From Takakia lepidozioides (Eukaryota > Plantae > Bryophyta): 64,000 nt of DNA. This document shows positions 25,391 to 37,164 of this stretch, one piece after another (position 1 is the first letter of the stretch; every line of letters starts with the position of its first letter). A program made the translations under genes and the position numbers. A model generated the notes under the pieces. It was given only the letters and a program-made list of their open reading frames with translations. It had not been told where the DNA came from and searched no databases. The DNA lies in contig CM060732.1 in NCBI GenBank assembly GCA_030704615.1, positions 52,328,001 through 52,392,000 on the forward strand, given 5' to 3'.

Positions 25391-28303
25391 CCTCAAACTT
25401 GCAGATACCACTGCCAGGTTTGGGTCAATCCTGCCATCGACATTCGGAAGGTGACATGGCGCACAATTACGCACATGGTCCTTCCAAGTTATGCCATCCC
25501 GACCCTCCAAGATCAAGACGCCTGAGGGCAAAACCTCTCGAACCCTCAAAATAACATGTCATGCAGTCACATCCAAGGTCGTAGGAGCAGTCTGCTGCAG
25601 ATAGACATAATCACCAGGGTTGAATCTCCGAACCTCGGGACGATAACCCCCACCACGTATGATAGCATACCTCAACGTATCACGATGTTGTGCAATGGCA
25701 AGGTTTTCGAAAGCCATGGGCATGACTTTCTTGAACAACTCTGCACGCTGCTCACATGCACGTGCCCACACGTCCGGATCGTCAAGGTTAAGAACTGTAG
25801 CAGCTTCTCTGCGAATGGATGTAGGCAAATCCGGCTCTTGGCCAAAGAGAAGAAAGTATGGTGAAAAGGAGGCAAGTGATGCTTGTTTGCTGAACCTATA
25901 GCCCATGGCTAACCAGGGTAACTAAAGGTCCCAATCTCCTAGGTGTCCCTTCTGCAAGCCATACTTGCGCAAACCCCTCTTTACTGTCTGAACAACCCTC
26001 TCTGCCAAGCCATCGGCCTCAGGATGATCCCGAGAAGTGGTACGATGGTCTACCAAGGCCTTGTCACACAAAGCCTGAAACTCCCCCAAGAACTCTCTCC
26101 CTTGGCCCGTAAGTACCTCAGCTAGAGCACCGAATCGGCTAAGCACACAATCCAAGAATGCATACGCAGCTCCCTCACTAGCCTTATCCGGCAATGGAAC
26201 CAACTCGATCCACTTGGAGAAATGTTCCACCATCACCAACACGTACTTGTTGTGGCGCATGGTCAGTGGCAACGGCCCTACGAAGTCAAGACTCCACATG
26301 TAGCCCAATCCCATGCCGCACTAACCGTGCCCGCTGGGTTGGGTGAGGCACAATCCTCACTCGACCATCTTCCCACACTCGGAGCAGGTGTGTCCCCTCC
26401 CACTTGAACCTCTTGACTCGTTGTAGGATCCGATCCCTCTCCTTGGCAGTCACAATGGCTATCGTGTCTCCAGTGCGGAGGTAGTCCAACACAGCTGAAT
26501 CCTCATGTATATCTTTGGCGCCACCTTGCTCATTACTAGTCAACTGCGATTGACCAAACCTGGTCGATGCACAACCTGAAAATCATACTCTTGAAGGATG
26601 AGTGCCCACCGTGCAAGCTTCCCCGTAAGCTTGTATGACTCCATCAACCACTTGAGTGGTTGGTGATCCGTGACAAGGGTGAAGAGATTGCCGTATAGAT
26701 AGCACCTGAAGTGTGCCACGGCCCACACTGCAGCTAAGCATTCTCCCTCATATGAGCTATACTTAGTCTCTGCAGCGTTGTTCGAGCGGCTAGCATAAGC
26801 CACTACGAATTCTCTTCCCTCATCATCCACCTGTGTGAGCACCGCTCCAAGCCCCAGCATGCTCCAATCTATATGCAGCTGAAAAATGACGCCTCCTGAG
26901 AGGTCGTCTCAAGATGGGTGCCGAGGTCAACCTCGCCTTGAGCTCTTGGAAAGCTCGTTCTTGTACATCTTCCCACTGCCACTCCTGGTCCACCTTGGTC
27001 AGCTTGGTTAGAGCCTTTGCAATGGCACTAAATCCCTTGACAAACCGTCTATAATAGTTTGTCAACCCCATGAAATCTCGAACTCGGCTCACATCCGTGG
27101 GGCGTGGAATCTGTGCAATGGACTCTACCTTAATCTGTTGTACCCCCAATCCTTGAGGATATATCATGTGACCCAGATACTCAATCTGGTTGTGGAAAAA
27201 CTTGCACTTCCCCGGATGTAACTTCAATCCGTGCGCCCTCAAGCGCTCAAATATCACCTGAAGGTGTCTCTCATGCTCTTCCACCGTAGCACTAAAGATG
27301 ATGATGTCATCTATATAGCACCGAGCAAACTCCACCCCTGCTAGAATCCTGTCCATGACTCTCTGAAACTCTGCCGGAGCGTTCTTAAGTCCAAATGGTA
27401 AGAACCGCCACTGGTAAAGGCAATCATTCTCGTGCTCATTGATCCCCCAGAATGTCGTCTTCTGCTTATCCGCCTCCTGATCGGCAACTGGTGATATCCG
27501 GATCGTAAATCCAAAGTGCTAAAGACCTTGGCATGCCCAATGGCATCAAAGATCTCCTCTGGTGTCGGCATGACATACCTATCGGACTTGGTCTGACGAT
27601 TTACAGGCCGGTAATCACCGCACATACGTCTCTCCGTCCAATTGCCATAGACATCCTTCTTGGCTGGCATCACTGTGGTTGAAGCATACTCTCCCCAAGA
27701 TAGCTCCACCAAACCAGCCTCCCAAAGGTCCTGAGTTCTCATCTGAATCAAGGACCTCTCCATGTCACTGTATCTATAGGGTCTCCGAAAGATTGGCGTG
27801 TCAGTAGCCAATTCAATGCGAATCTCTTGACCCTTCAGTGCTCATAAGTCCTTCAAAGTGAAGGCAAAGCAGTTCCTGTAAGCCCTCAAGAACCACCGTA
27901 TACGTTGTCTCTCTCCTCCGGTAACTATAGGTCCAACATCAGGTTCCCAGTTGTCCTCCGTGACTGCAACCTTGAGTCGAGCAGGCTTAGAGGTAGAAGA
28001 CGTGTCCCGTGGTTGTTATGCTGCAACCTCTTGAGCAGTGACCACTGCCTCCTCTATCAGTGACAATGTCTCACCCTGCCCCATCATCCCATCCTTGAGG
28101 ACCTCCTCAACACGAGAAAAATCCCCAACCTGATCCATCACCGCCGCCTTGGCTGCCAACTCATTCTGAACCTCGAGCACCTCCCACGTGTGCCATGGAT
28201 GCGGGCTGCACCTCGTGGTCCTCACCTGCTTGCCCCCACTCGCTGCCTGTACCGTCTCGGTAGGCATGGAGACCATGAAGGGAAGTGTACTCCGTACTCT
28301 GCG

Positions 28304-29272
28304 CTACTCAGCCATAGCCAAGCTGATAATCCAGGTCAAGCAATTGAGATCCATTGCTTGCCCCAACACCTGACGACGTGATGCCGCAGAAAGAGATGGC
28401 ACCGCCATGGTACCAGTGGTAAAACCTATCGCCCGTTCGCGCTCGTCAGCATTGGGCTCCACTAATTGTTGCAACTGGCTATCCCACAATAGGCCAGGTC
28501 CACCATCCCGAAAAGCATGGGATCTTGGGAAGCTGAGCAGTGTAGGTAATGTTGCTTGTGGTTGACCCACCCTGTTGACCACTACCAAAGGCAAACGGTC
28601 ATCGTGTCTCACACGTTGAGACTGCCACCTTGTGTCCAAAATGCTATCCACTGTGAGGTGTGCTGGCCGTTGTACCCCATCAAATGCACGCTTGAGCAGT
28701 GCGGGTGGCATCAAGTTAGTCCACCATAGCCGTGGACGATGAGCCCGTGACCCCACTGCAGCTGCATCCAGCAACACTGCTGACCCAAGCCACGACCGGA
28801 CTTGATGCACACTGGCCATCACCCTGGCCCGAGAATCACCCTTCAGTGGCACATTCTCCAAGATGTATGCTGGAGATACAGCTTGATGAAGCTGCAAGTG
28901 GCGCAAAACCCGCACCATCTCCCAAAACAGACCCGTCCTCGAGTCTCGCAATCCATTGCCATGCCCGGCTGATGAATGCCCTTGGCAGGGCCAACCTGCC
29001 ACTACCAGATCAATGGAGCCAACCTGCTCCAAATCCTGCGCCCCCAGCAACGAAATGTCTGCTGGCAATGATTGTTGGTATCCACGAACTGCAGACACTG
29101 GCAACAAATCAGGGTACTGTTGTACCAACTAAGCAACATGGCGTAGTGAGACGCGTCGTGCAGTCTCATCCCTCTCCATATACAGGTAACGTCGAACTCG
29201 TACACCTGCCTGCAGCACTGCAGCCAATCCAGTGTTGATCCCGCCAAACAATTCCAGAAGGCATATGCCTTC
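28304..29272 (-). pseudogene. DNMT3-like C5 cytosine methyltransferase domain inside Gypsy pol (one internal TAG)
   Basis: Motif I LLELFGGI, II YMERD, IV DLVVAGWPCQG, VI YILENV, VIII AHRPRLWWTNL, IX ERERAIGF, X RRQVLGQAM; same frame as protease and RT. Confidence 0.92.
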
Positions 29273-31769
29273 ATCCGGGCACTGCCACACAAGAGGTGTG
29301 GTATCCAATGGCGACAACTGAGGTGGTCCTGGTGTAATCACCGCACTCTCCTCTTCTCCTGACGGTACGAATGCCTCTACCCAGGCTTGTTGCACCCGTC
29401 CATCAGCAGCCTGATGCAAATCCTTGCTCGTACCCCACAATGGAGTGTGAGCAACCATGGCAGGCAACTCCGCCGTACCATGCATGTTATCCTGCTCTGC
29501 TGAAGGTGGCACATCCTCTGCATGGGTATTGCCTTCCAGCAACTCTCCAGGCCAACTAATTGCAATTGTAAAGGCGGCTAGTGTTGGCATCTTGCCCCAT
29601 TGGGCAGCCGCAATACCCCCAATGAATGTCACAGGGAGCTGTGCACGACGACCATCCCCTGACTGCCATCCAGGCCTGTAGGATGCTGACTCCTCCCAAA
29701 AGTCCAGGGTGAAGCCCATGGGATATAACACTGCCCCACCAACGAGGACATCGTACGAGACCGTGTCTGTCACAATGGCCTTGGCTCGCATCACTGAGCC
29801 ATCTATAGGATGATCCGGCTGCAGTCTAATGGCCAACTCACGCCGTGTCATGCCCCGAGCCTGCTCTGATCCTCCCAGAGATGTCTGTATCTGGAAAGGA
29901 CAAGGCTCCATATCCGCCTCCATGAGGCCCAAACCTGCAATAGCAGCTCTGCCCAACATCAGTGGCTGAGCTCCTGAGTCCAACAAGACCCGCAGTGGCC
30001 GGTACTTCTTGCCTGCCGGTCCACTCAAAGAGAAAATGTCATCCTGGTTGTCTAACAAGACAACTCCAGGTGTCACCATGGCGCGCTCAAAGGCTGGCCT
30101 AGCTGGCAGCTCCGTCAACCTGGCAGCTGCAGCTTGCCATGGCAGTCTTGACCCTCAAATCCGAGGATCCCTCTACCACTACACCTTCCAGTAAACTCCG
30201 CAGAAGATGAAGTGACCTCCCCACTCTCACAGAGTGTTGCTGCTAGTCTGAACACTGTAGCCGGTCTTACCCCCGGCATTGCAATCATGGTTGCCGAGAA
30301 CAGTGGGGCTTGACACACAGAGGTGGCTGCCCCCAATAACACACCGGCTGCACTAGCCTTAGTAGCAGGTGTCAGTGATGCACGTGTAGCTCTCCCCAAT
30401 GGCATAGTAACCTCCGCCTCGGTAACAGTCAGGCGAGAACTAGGTGTCATGGATGGCGTCGACACTGTCTCCGCCAATGTGAATGACTGAGGAAGCCTCG
30501 CCTGACGGCTTGCCTCCCCACGCTGTGCATCCAATTCCACCTCTGCACCTCATGGCTCAGGAACTCGTGTTGCTCCTCGAGTCACGGCTGCAGCAGACTC
30601 CACCTGCTCTAGTGGTAGTGTTGCTCCGCACATAAATCCCATGCCTCCCATATCTCCTCCCTCAGGAGCAGGAGGTGGACCATCCCGCCTGGGAGCCGGT
30701 ACCACCTGAGCTGTAGCCATGGCAGCGAGCCTCTGCTCTAGCTACTGAAGCCGGTTGGCCATGCCTTGGTCAACACCCTGACCTCCGCATCCTTGGCCAT
30801 GTTGAGCTTGCCCTTGGCCTGCACCTCATGCCCGGCCACCTCGTCCTCTTTGGGCTGGTCCACCTCGCCTCCGGCCACCATTGTTCCCTTGGCCTGGGCG
30901 CAACTCAGGATGCAAGTCATAACACTGGGCATCTCCATGCCCATACTTGCCACAATGCCCACACTGCAACTGTGCAGGTTGTGCTTGTGCCGGCCTTTTG
31001 CCAATCTCTGGGCAATCTCTCTTGACATGGGGTCCTCCACATGTCCAACATATCACCCCTGGTTGCTGTTGGCTTGCAAAAGATGCTATTGGCCTCTGCA
31101 CCTGAGGTCCCCTGTAAGCTCCATGAAATTTGGGTTGGGAAACCTTGCCCCCCTGACCAAGTTGTTGGGCAGTCCATTATGCTTGTGGGCTGGCAACTGC
31201 GCCTCGTGCAGGCATGTCTTTGCCAAATCCAATGGTAACAACTCGCTCCTCCACCATGTTGAGCTCAATCCGCTCAGCCAGCAGAAACACATCTGCTAAT
31301 GTGGGTTGGGCTGCTTGTAACAGGGTTGCATCCTGCACCCTTCTCCTGAGCTCCTTGTTCAAAATTCCATACCAGAACTGGATTGCCTGAGCTTCAATAA
31401 CCCCTTGGGTCACACTTATCAAGCGCCTCATACGAGTGTACGCCTCTCGCAGGCTCTCACTGGGTTTGCGCTAGAAATCTTGCAAACTTTGCAGCTTCTC
31501 TGTCCGTACACCTTGGTAGTTCCTCCGCAACTCCTGGAAGAACTCCACCACCGGGTTGAATCTAGGCACATGTGTTGTAGTCGTGGCAGGAGGAGTAGTA
31601 GCACCTTTTGAACTGGTACCACCTGTAGAAGTACCGGCACTACATTGTGGTTGGCGGAAGAAATGTAGGGAATCGGACATGCAGTCTGAACACAATGATT
31701 TTTGAAATCGTCAATATTTTCATTAAGTGTTTCAGAACTGTACAACAAAAGGATCCAAATGAGACTTTG

Positions 31770-34700
31770 CTATGGTGAGGATCCGCGATCACTGTCCGAT
31801 GCATCCCCGACCTCATGCAAGGATGGTTGTCTTCCACCTGTCTCCGAACCTGCACTGCCGCTACCGCTGTTACTCTGAGAAGCCCTCCCCTCAAAAATAC
31901 CATCCTCACCAGCTGGAACTGTCCACCTGGGTGCGGAACTGTCCTCATCATCCCCCTCGCTCTCGGACGCGGATTCTATGACGAACATGCCTACTCTGCC
32001 TTTCACAATTCCATGTTTGGCCTCACGCCTCATTATAATTCTCTGCTCATTCCCGAATATCAATTGCTCAAACCGAGTAGGCCTATCCTCCCTCCTGATG
32101 GCTTCTCTGGCAGCCGTGTCTGCATAGGCTGGTAGAAAAAAGGGCTTCTGGGGACTCGCGAGAAACGATTTTCTGGCAAAGAATGGCCGATGCGATTCTG
32201 TCTCCTCCTCTGCAACAAGGTCCGATTCGGGCAAGTCTCCCAGCATTTCCTCGTCGGACGACTCTGCAAGGCTGAGTGTACGCACAAACACAGAATGAAG
32301 CACATTAGAGCATTCAAACAGGGAATCATCGGCAGGTTGCATGGTCCCTACAACCGAAACCAATACATTTACTATGGTGCAACTCACTCGAAGACAGACA
32401 TTGGAGGAAGCGGCTTCGGGCGCCCCTGCATCGTACGAATTTCTTGGACTTCCTCCTCTTCCTCTTCCTCGTCCCTTTCCACGTCCTCTTCTGCGTTTTT
32501 GGGATCCTCAGTCAGAGGCAGACGTTGTAGGCCTGCCATATTGAAATCGTACAAGGCCGTATCCCCCTCAAATGAGAACACAAATCGGTTCGACATCCTT
32601 CCAGCCCACATACAGGGACCAGCAAATTCATACGACACAACCACAGCCAAAGTCAAGAATGACTCGCTTCCTCGCGCAAGCAAACATACACAATCGGAAA
32701 CGGTGTCAATTTCGGTGCCGCAATCACTAAACGCTCTAACCTGTATTTGCAGTGACGTCGAGGACCCTGCCTTCAACATCCGTACACGTTTCCATGAGCG
32801 TCTGGATGAATGCAGGACTCCTGGTCCTGCCATACCTCCAAGGCTTGCCCGACAAATCACAAAGCATGTCCTTCTCTCCCACATGGTTGAACATGACGTT
32901 ATACTCCAGTGGATCAACTGTGGAATCAACAAGTCTGCCTGCTTGACGTAATTTGAATTTTGAATGTTCCTTCACGAAGCAAAATGCCTGAAAGATAAGA
33001 GTCTGCAAAGAAGGAAATGAGAACGTGAGAGGTGGCCTACACGTACATGGACAATTTCGGCGCAGAAATTGGCAGAGCGGAGGAGAACTGCAGCATACCT
33101 TCTGACCATCGTTGAGAAGACCCTGCGTGTTGATGCAAGTCCAGATCTTTTTCAGGATGGGTGCTGCACTTCTCCCCGTCCATACTTTGATATCATTCTC
33201 AGTGACTTCTCCATCGGTTGTTAGCACAACAACACAGCCGTCGTCGTCCAACATGTTGGCTGTGAACCCGAATGTGTGGCTCCAGTATCTTTTGTCGTAC
33301 TTGTTCCACCAGGGTAGTGAGCCCAGCCCCAGTATCTCCTGCCCATCCGGGATATCCACGAGGATCATGTCGATGGAGGCTTTCACCGCCCTACCCCCGA
33401 CTGTGCTCTTTTTGCCGTGGCTCATCGCCACAAAATACTCCATCATCTTTGTGTAGCCAGGAGTGTCCTCCATATCATTGCCAATGGCCTTCCTCTTCCC
33501 CTTCCCCTGGTGGGCCTCGATCGCCTTCCTCAATCTCGTTTTCTCCAGCCTTCTAGTCAGAGCAGTTAGGAAATTTTCATTAACACACTCCACAATTGTG
33601 GGTGTTTTGAGGACTTCCCTGCCCACAATGTGCACCGCACGGTAGGGTCTGCCAGGTGCATCCTCGTATAGTGATCTCTTCGCAGCCGAACCCCTGGAGC
33701 GCTGGCCCTTGTGAATTTTCGGACGAGGTGTGGCCCCCTGGGTGTTATCCTGCTGGAAATCGTCGTCGGAATCCTCGTCATCTGGCTGACTATGTTGCTG
33801 CTTCTTCTTCTTGGGTGTGGGGGTCTTCGTCTCTTGCCCCTGTTTGCGCGTTTTTTTCCTCTTGTCCTTGGGCTGCTCAGTTGCCTACTTCTCCATCTGC
33901 TCCTTCGCCAACGCTGCCGCCTTGGCTGACTTTCTCAGTGCTTTCTGCTTGGCTACCTCCTCTGCTTTCAGTCTTTCCGCGTCCTCTAGTTGGGGATTCG
34001 ATTGCGCCTTCATAGCCCTGGCATTCGCTTCCTTCTTCAAGTTAACCTCCGAGAGGTCAACGGTCCCACTTGGGAGATCCACATACCAGGGACAGTCTAC
34101 CAAATGCTCGGCATGCCACTCCTTCGCCATTACTTCTGTGTACATCCCTTTGAATGGCTCCGGACGGAATGAGTGCAAAGTTTATGTACCTGCAATCACG
34201 AGGCAGTTCAACAAAAATCATTCTACTGATGAATCATGCAAGAGGAAGTTCTCAATGCACAAGGTATTTCGGCACCGAAATACGCAGTGGACCGTGCCCC
34301 AATTACCCAACACTCACATCTTGCAGAGGTATATTTCGGCGCCGCAATATCCACCGCTGCTTAGCTAAATCATCAAAACTGCAAATAGGGGGATGGATTG
34401 GCAGCAAATTACCTGAACATGATACGCATTGTTGCTTTGTCAGCACCCTCCTGCTCGTCGATGTATACGCTGCGTCTTGCCTTTGCAATTTCTCTGATAA
34501 AGAGGTTTGCGAAGCGCCCTTGCCAGGACTGCACGTAGTTCTCCATTGTCTCCGGTTTCGTCCAGTCGATCTGTAACTTGAAAGTGGTGGTGTTGCAATC
34601 CAATTGCTCCTGGGCGTGGGTCAGTACCTTCAGCAGTGCAGGTTTCCAAAACATTCATGAATTTGAAATTGCAATGATGTCCAACACACAGAAGAGGAGG

Positions 34701-36660
34701 AAATTATACCTGATGCCACCAAGTCATCACATTGAGCCAGTCGTTCATTTTGTCGTCTGTTGGCTCGATGGGAAAGTGGTACAGCAGCTTCGTGTTTGTA
34801 TGGCCGTTCCAGATTCGCAGCCACCTCGTCTGTATGGCCTAACATCGGTCAGACATAAGAACTTCATTATGAGAATCGCGAGAAGACACAAAACAAGAAC
34901 AAACACATGCTTACCTTCTCCGCCGGCTCAACACAGGACACTGCGATGTGATGAAGTTTCTCCATGGATATTTCCGGTTTCATGGGTCTGGAGTAATGCA
35001 GTCCTATCTCCGCCAGGAACTCGGCACCAAGACCAGGGTCAGCGATTGTAACTTGCTTAACAAGTTTGGACCTGTACTTGGTCCGTGATTGCCTCCCCGC
35101 CTGCACAATGTGACTCTCTATCGACGCGTCCACCTTGTTGGGGGCATCCTTCTCAAAGAACTGCCTTTTGGCATAGGCCAAGTCATCCCTGATGTTCGTC
35201 TGCATTCCCATACCCAGCGGATACAGTCAAGCCACTGATCCCTGCAACAAATAGCATTAAATTGGGAAATTTGAGATGAACCTCACCGAATAGAGGATCT
35301 CCACCATGGCGTCCAGTGTTGGTCGGGTACCAGGTGCGATCCGCTTTCGCAAGGGACTTCCTATACAGCTCGGGATCGAGGGATTTTTGGAAGTCCGTCA
35401 GCGGTGTTGTTCCCACTTCTTGCACTCTGTAGAGCGTATGTGCCAGATGAGTTTCCACGAAGGCCCTCTCTGTTACCCTGCCATGGAGGGAAAAAAAAAG
35501 AACAACATGAAAATATGATACAAAAATAACCAGATTTTGGCACAGCAATCCAATTTCCAGTTCATAGAGTGCATGACAGTCAAGAACATTGTCTATTTCG
35601 GCGCTGCAATAGGCAGTACACAAGGATGTAGTTGTATACTTACAGATTTATATCCGCCATGGCACCCTTCAGCAGTCCTCTGTCCTTGACGTCCACCTTC
35701 ACGACAATGCAGTCCACCATGTAATGCCAATTGATATCTTGCAGATGCATTTCAGCAATGTACTCTGTCCAGGCAAGCATCTTGTGGTTCCCGTCCCAAA
35801 CAAAGAACATCTTCTCTTCCATGTGTGCGAATGTGGGATTAGTCTTCAGAGAGGCTTCAAACTCGGCATTTATAGTGTGTCAGTGGGGGCTCCAATTCTG
35901 AAGCTCCTCTGCAGTGGGGCCCCTTGTGACACCCTGGTCATTCTCAATGGAAACGTAGAATGATGCCGACCCCCGTCTGTACCCCTCTCTGAAGTTGTGC
36001 TTCAGTCAATCAATGTCCTCTGGTAGTGCTTGCCTTACAACTGGAAGGCTAACTATGCGACACAAAGGAACTTTGAGGTTCTCCGGATACACCATGGAGC
36101 CCAAAACGCGGCCTATGTTGCTATGAGTCTCTGCTAGCAACCTGTTTGCTGCTATGTTCATGTCTCGTGCGCTCATGAGCATACCCGCCACCAGTTTCTT
36201 ACTTCTATCACCTCTCTCACTTCCCTCACCCCTCTCACCAGCCTGTCTACTGTCCTAGAGGTTTTGCTTCTCCGCAAGCTCCAACAGGTTCTGATCGTCG
36301 TCAAGTCGCACCACGTTGTCGTCCTCTGCTTCTATCAGCTCAATGGGTCGCCCTTCTGCAGATCCGACTCCGACATCTCCAGTGGCCTCCACCGCATCCG
36401 TGTTTTCTGAAATTGCCTGCAAACCCAATATCTCCACTTCCAGTCTCCCAAGTGGTTTTACTGGCGAAGCCATGGGCTCCTTCGCTTCCTCGGCTTCCAG
36501 ACTCTAGGTGGGCTTTTCTGAGGTGATTTCTGAGGTGTTGAATGAGGAGTCGCCTGCCTCGATGTACTTCCACCTTGAGAGCGCAACACCCGGGCAGGAG
36601 TATCCAAAGTTGACTGTGTTGCCTCGCCCCCCTGCGATCCCTCCCCAGCTCCCATGTCAA
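31770..36660 (-). pseudogene. Spliced transposon cargo gene: ParB/Srx-like domain + helical region + beta-class N4C/N6A DNA-methyltransferase-like domain + acidic tail
   Basis: VPLCRI..VRQ..FYVS..FFVWDGNHKMLAW (35640-36190); IDMILVDIPDG (DIPDG at 33342-33356); LDDDGCVVV; RSPAFIQTLMETCTDVEGRVLDVTANTG, intron, PCMWAGRMSNRFVFSFE; several stops/frameshifts; exon bounds approximate. Confidence 0.72.
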
Positions 36661-37164
36661 ACAAACAGGAAAACATGACACACTGCATGCAAAAAAAAAT
36701 GTGTAAAAGGAATAGTGCGTATGGAGTGCTTCACATCCGCGAAGCACGAATCTCTCACTGGTGGACGATCTGAGTCTCCAGATAACAAGGTCTACATTTC
36801 CTACATGAGACGGAGCTTAAGTCGTGTCGTCGGCGGTTTCCCAAAATCCCGCGTCCTCCTTCTCTGCGCCGGAGTCGCCTGACCTTCCACAAACTCTATG
36901 CTATCACTATGCTGCATAAGGAGAGGAAATGCAGGAGAATGTCACTGCAGAAGGGCAAGGACCGAGAGAGCGAAGCGGTGGAACATGCAACCACTATGCA
37001 CGAGCAGATGCGTAAGCAGCCACGTCTCCTGAAGCGTTGTCACCGTCCACCACTTTCTGCCGTATGGGTGATGAAGAGATTGCGACCCCTAATACGTTCG
37101 CACGGATGAAGTCGACTGGAACACGACGCGTGCCTGTTCAAGCCACCGGTAGAAGACGCTTTAT

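Larger units (their letters stand above)
24902..31640 (-). mobile_element. Ty3/Gypsy LTR retrotransposon (gag-PR-DNMT-RT-RH-INT-PHD), 5' end lost, degenerate
   Basis: Zn knuckles CWTCGGPHVKRDC and CGHCGKYGHGDAQC; protease LLDSGA; RT YIDDII; RNase H (VAYASR, TDHQPL); integrase (WSLDFVGP, VEHFSKW, GLAER); PPT AGGGGGGCGAT at ~24987-24997 followed by TGTGGC. Confidence 0.92.

Noticed and set aside
31619-31627. CCACCTGTA matches 8/9 of CCACCTGTG flanking the MULE right end (possible TSD)
   Set aside because: No GGGGTTG terminus follows, the gag reading seems to continue past it, and the right flank is not gag; probably chance.
31638-31650. CACTACATTG as a CACTA terminus
   Set aside because: Overlaps gag codons, lacks subterminal repeats and has no matching partner end.
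32190-32951. 253-aa plus-strand ORF and other long antisense ORFs over TE genes
   Set aside because: Shadow frames of motif-bearing genes on the opposite strand.
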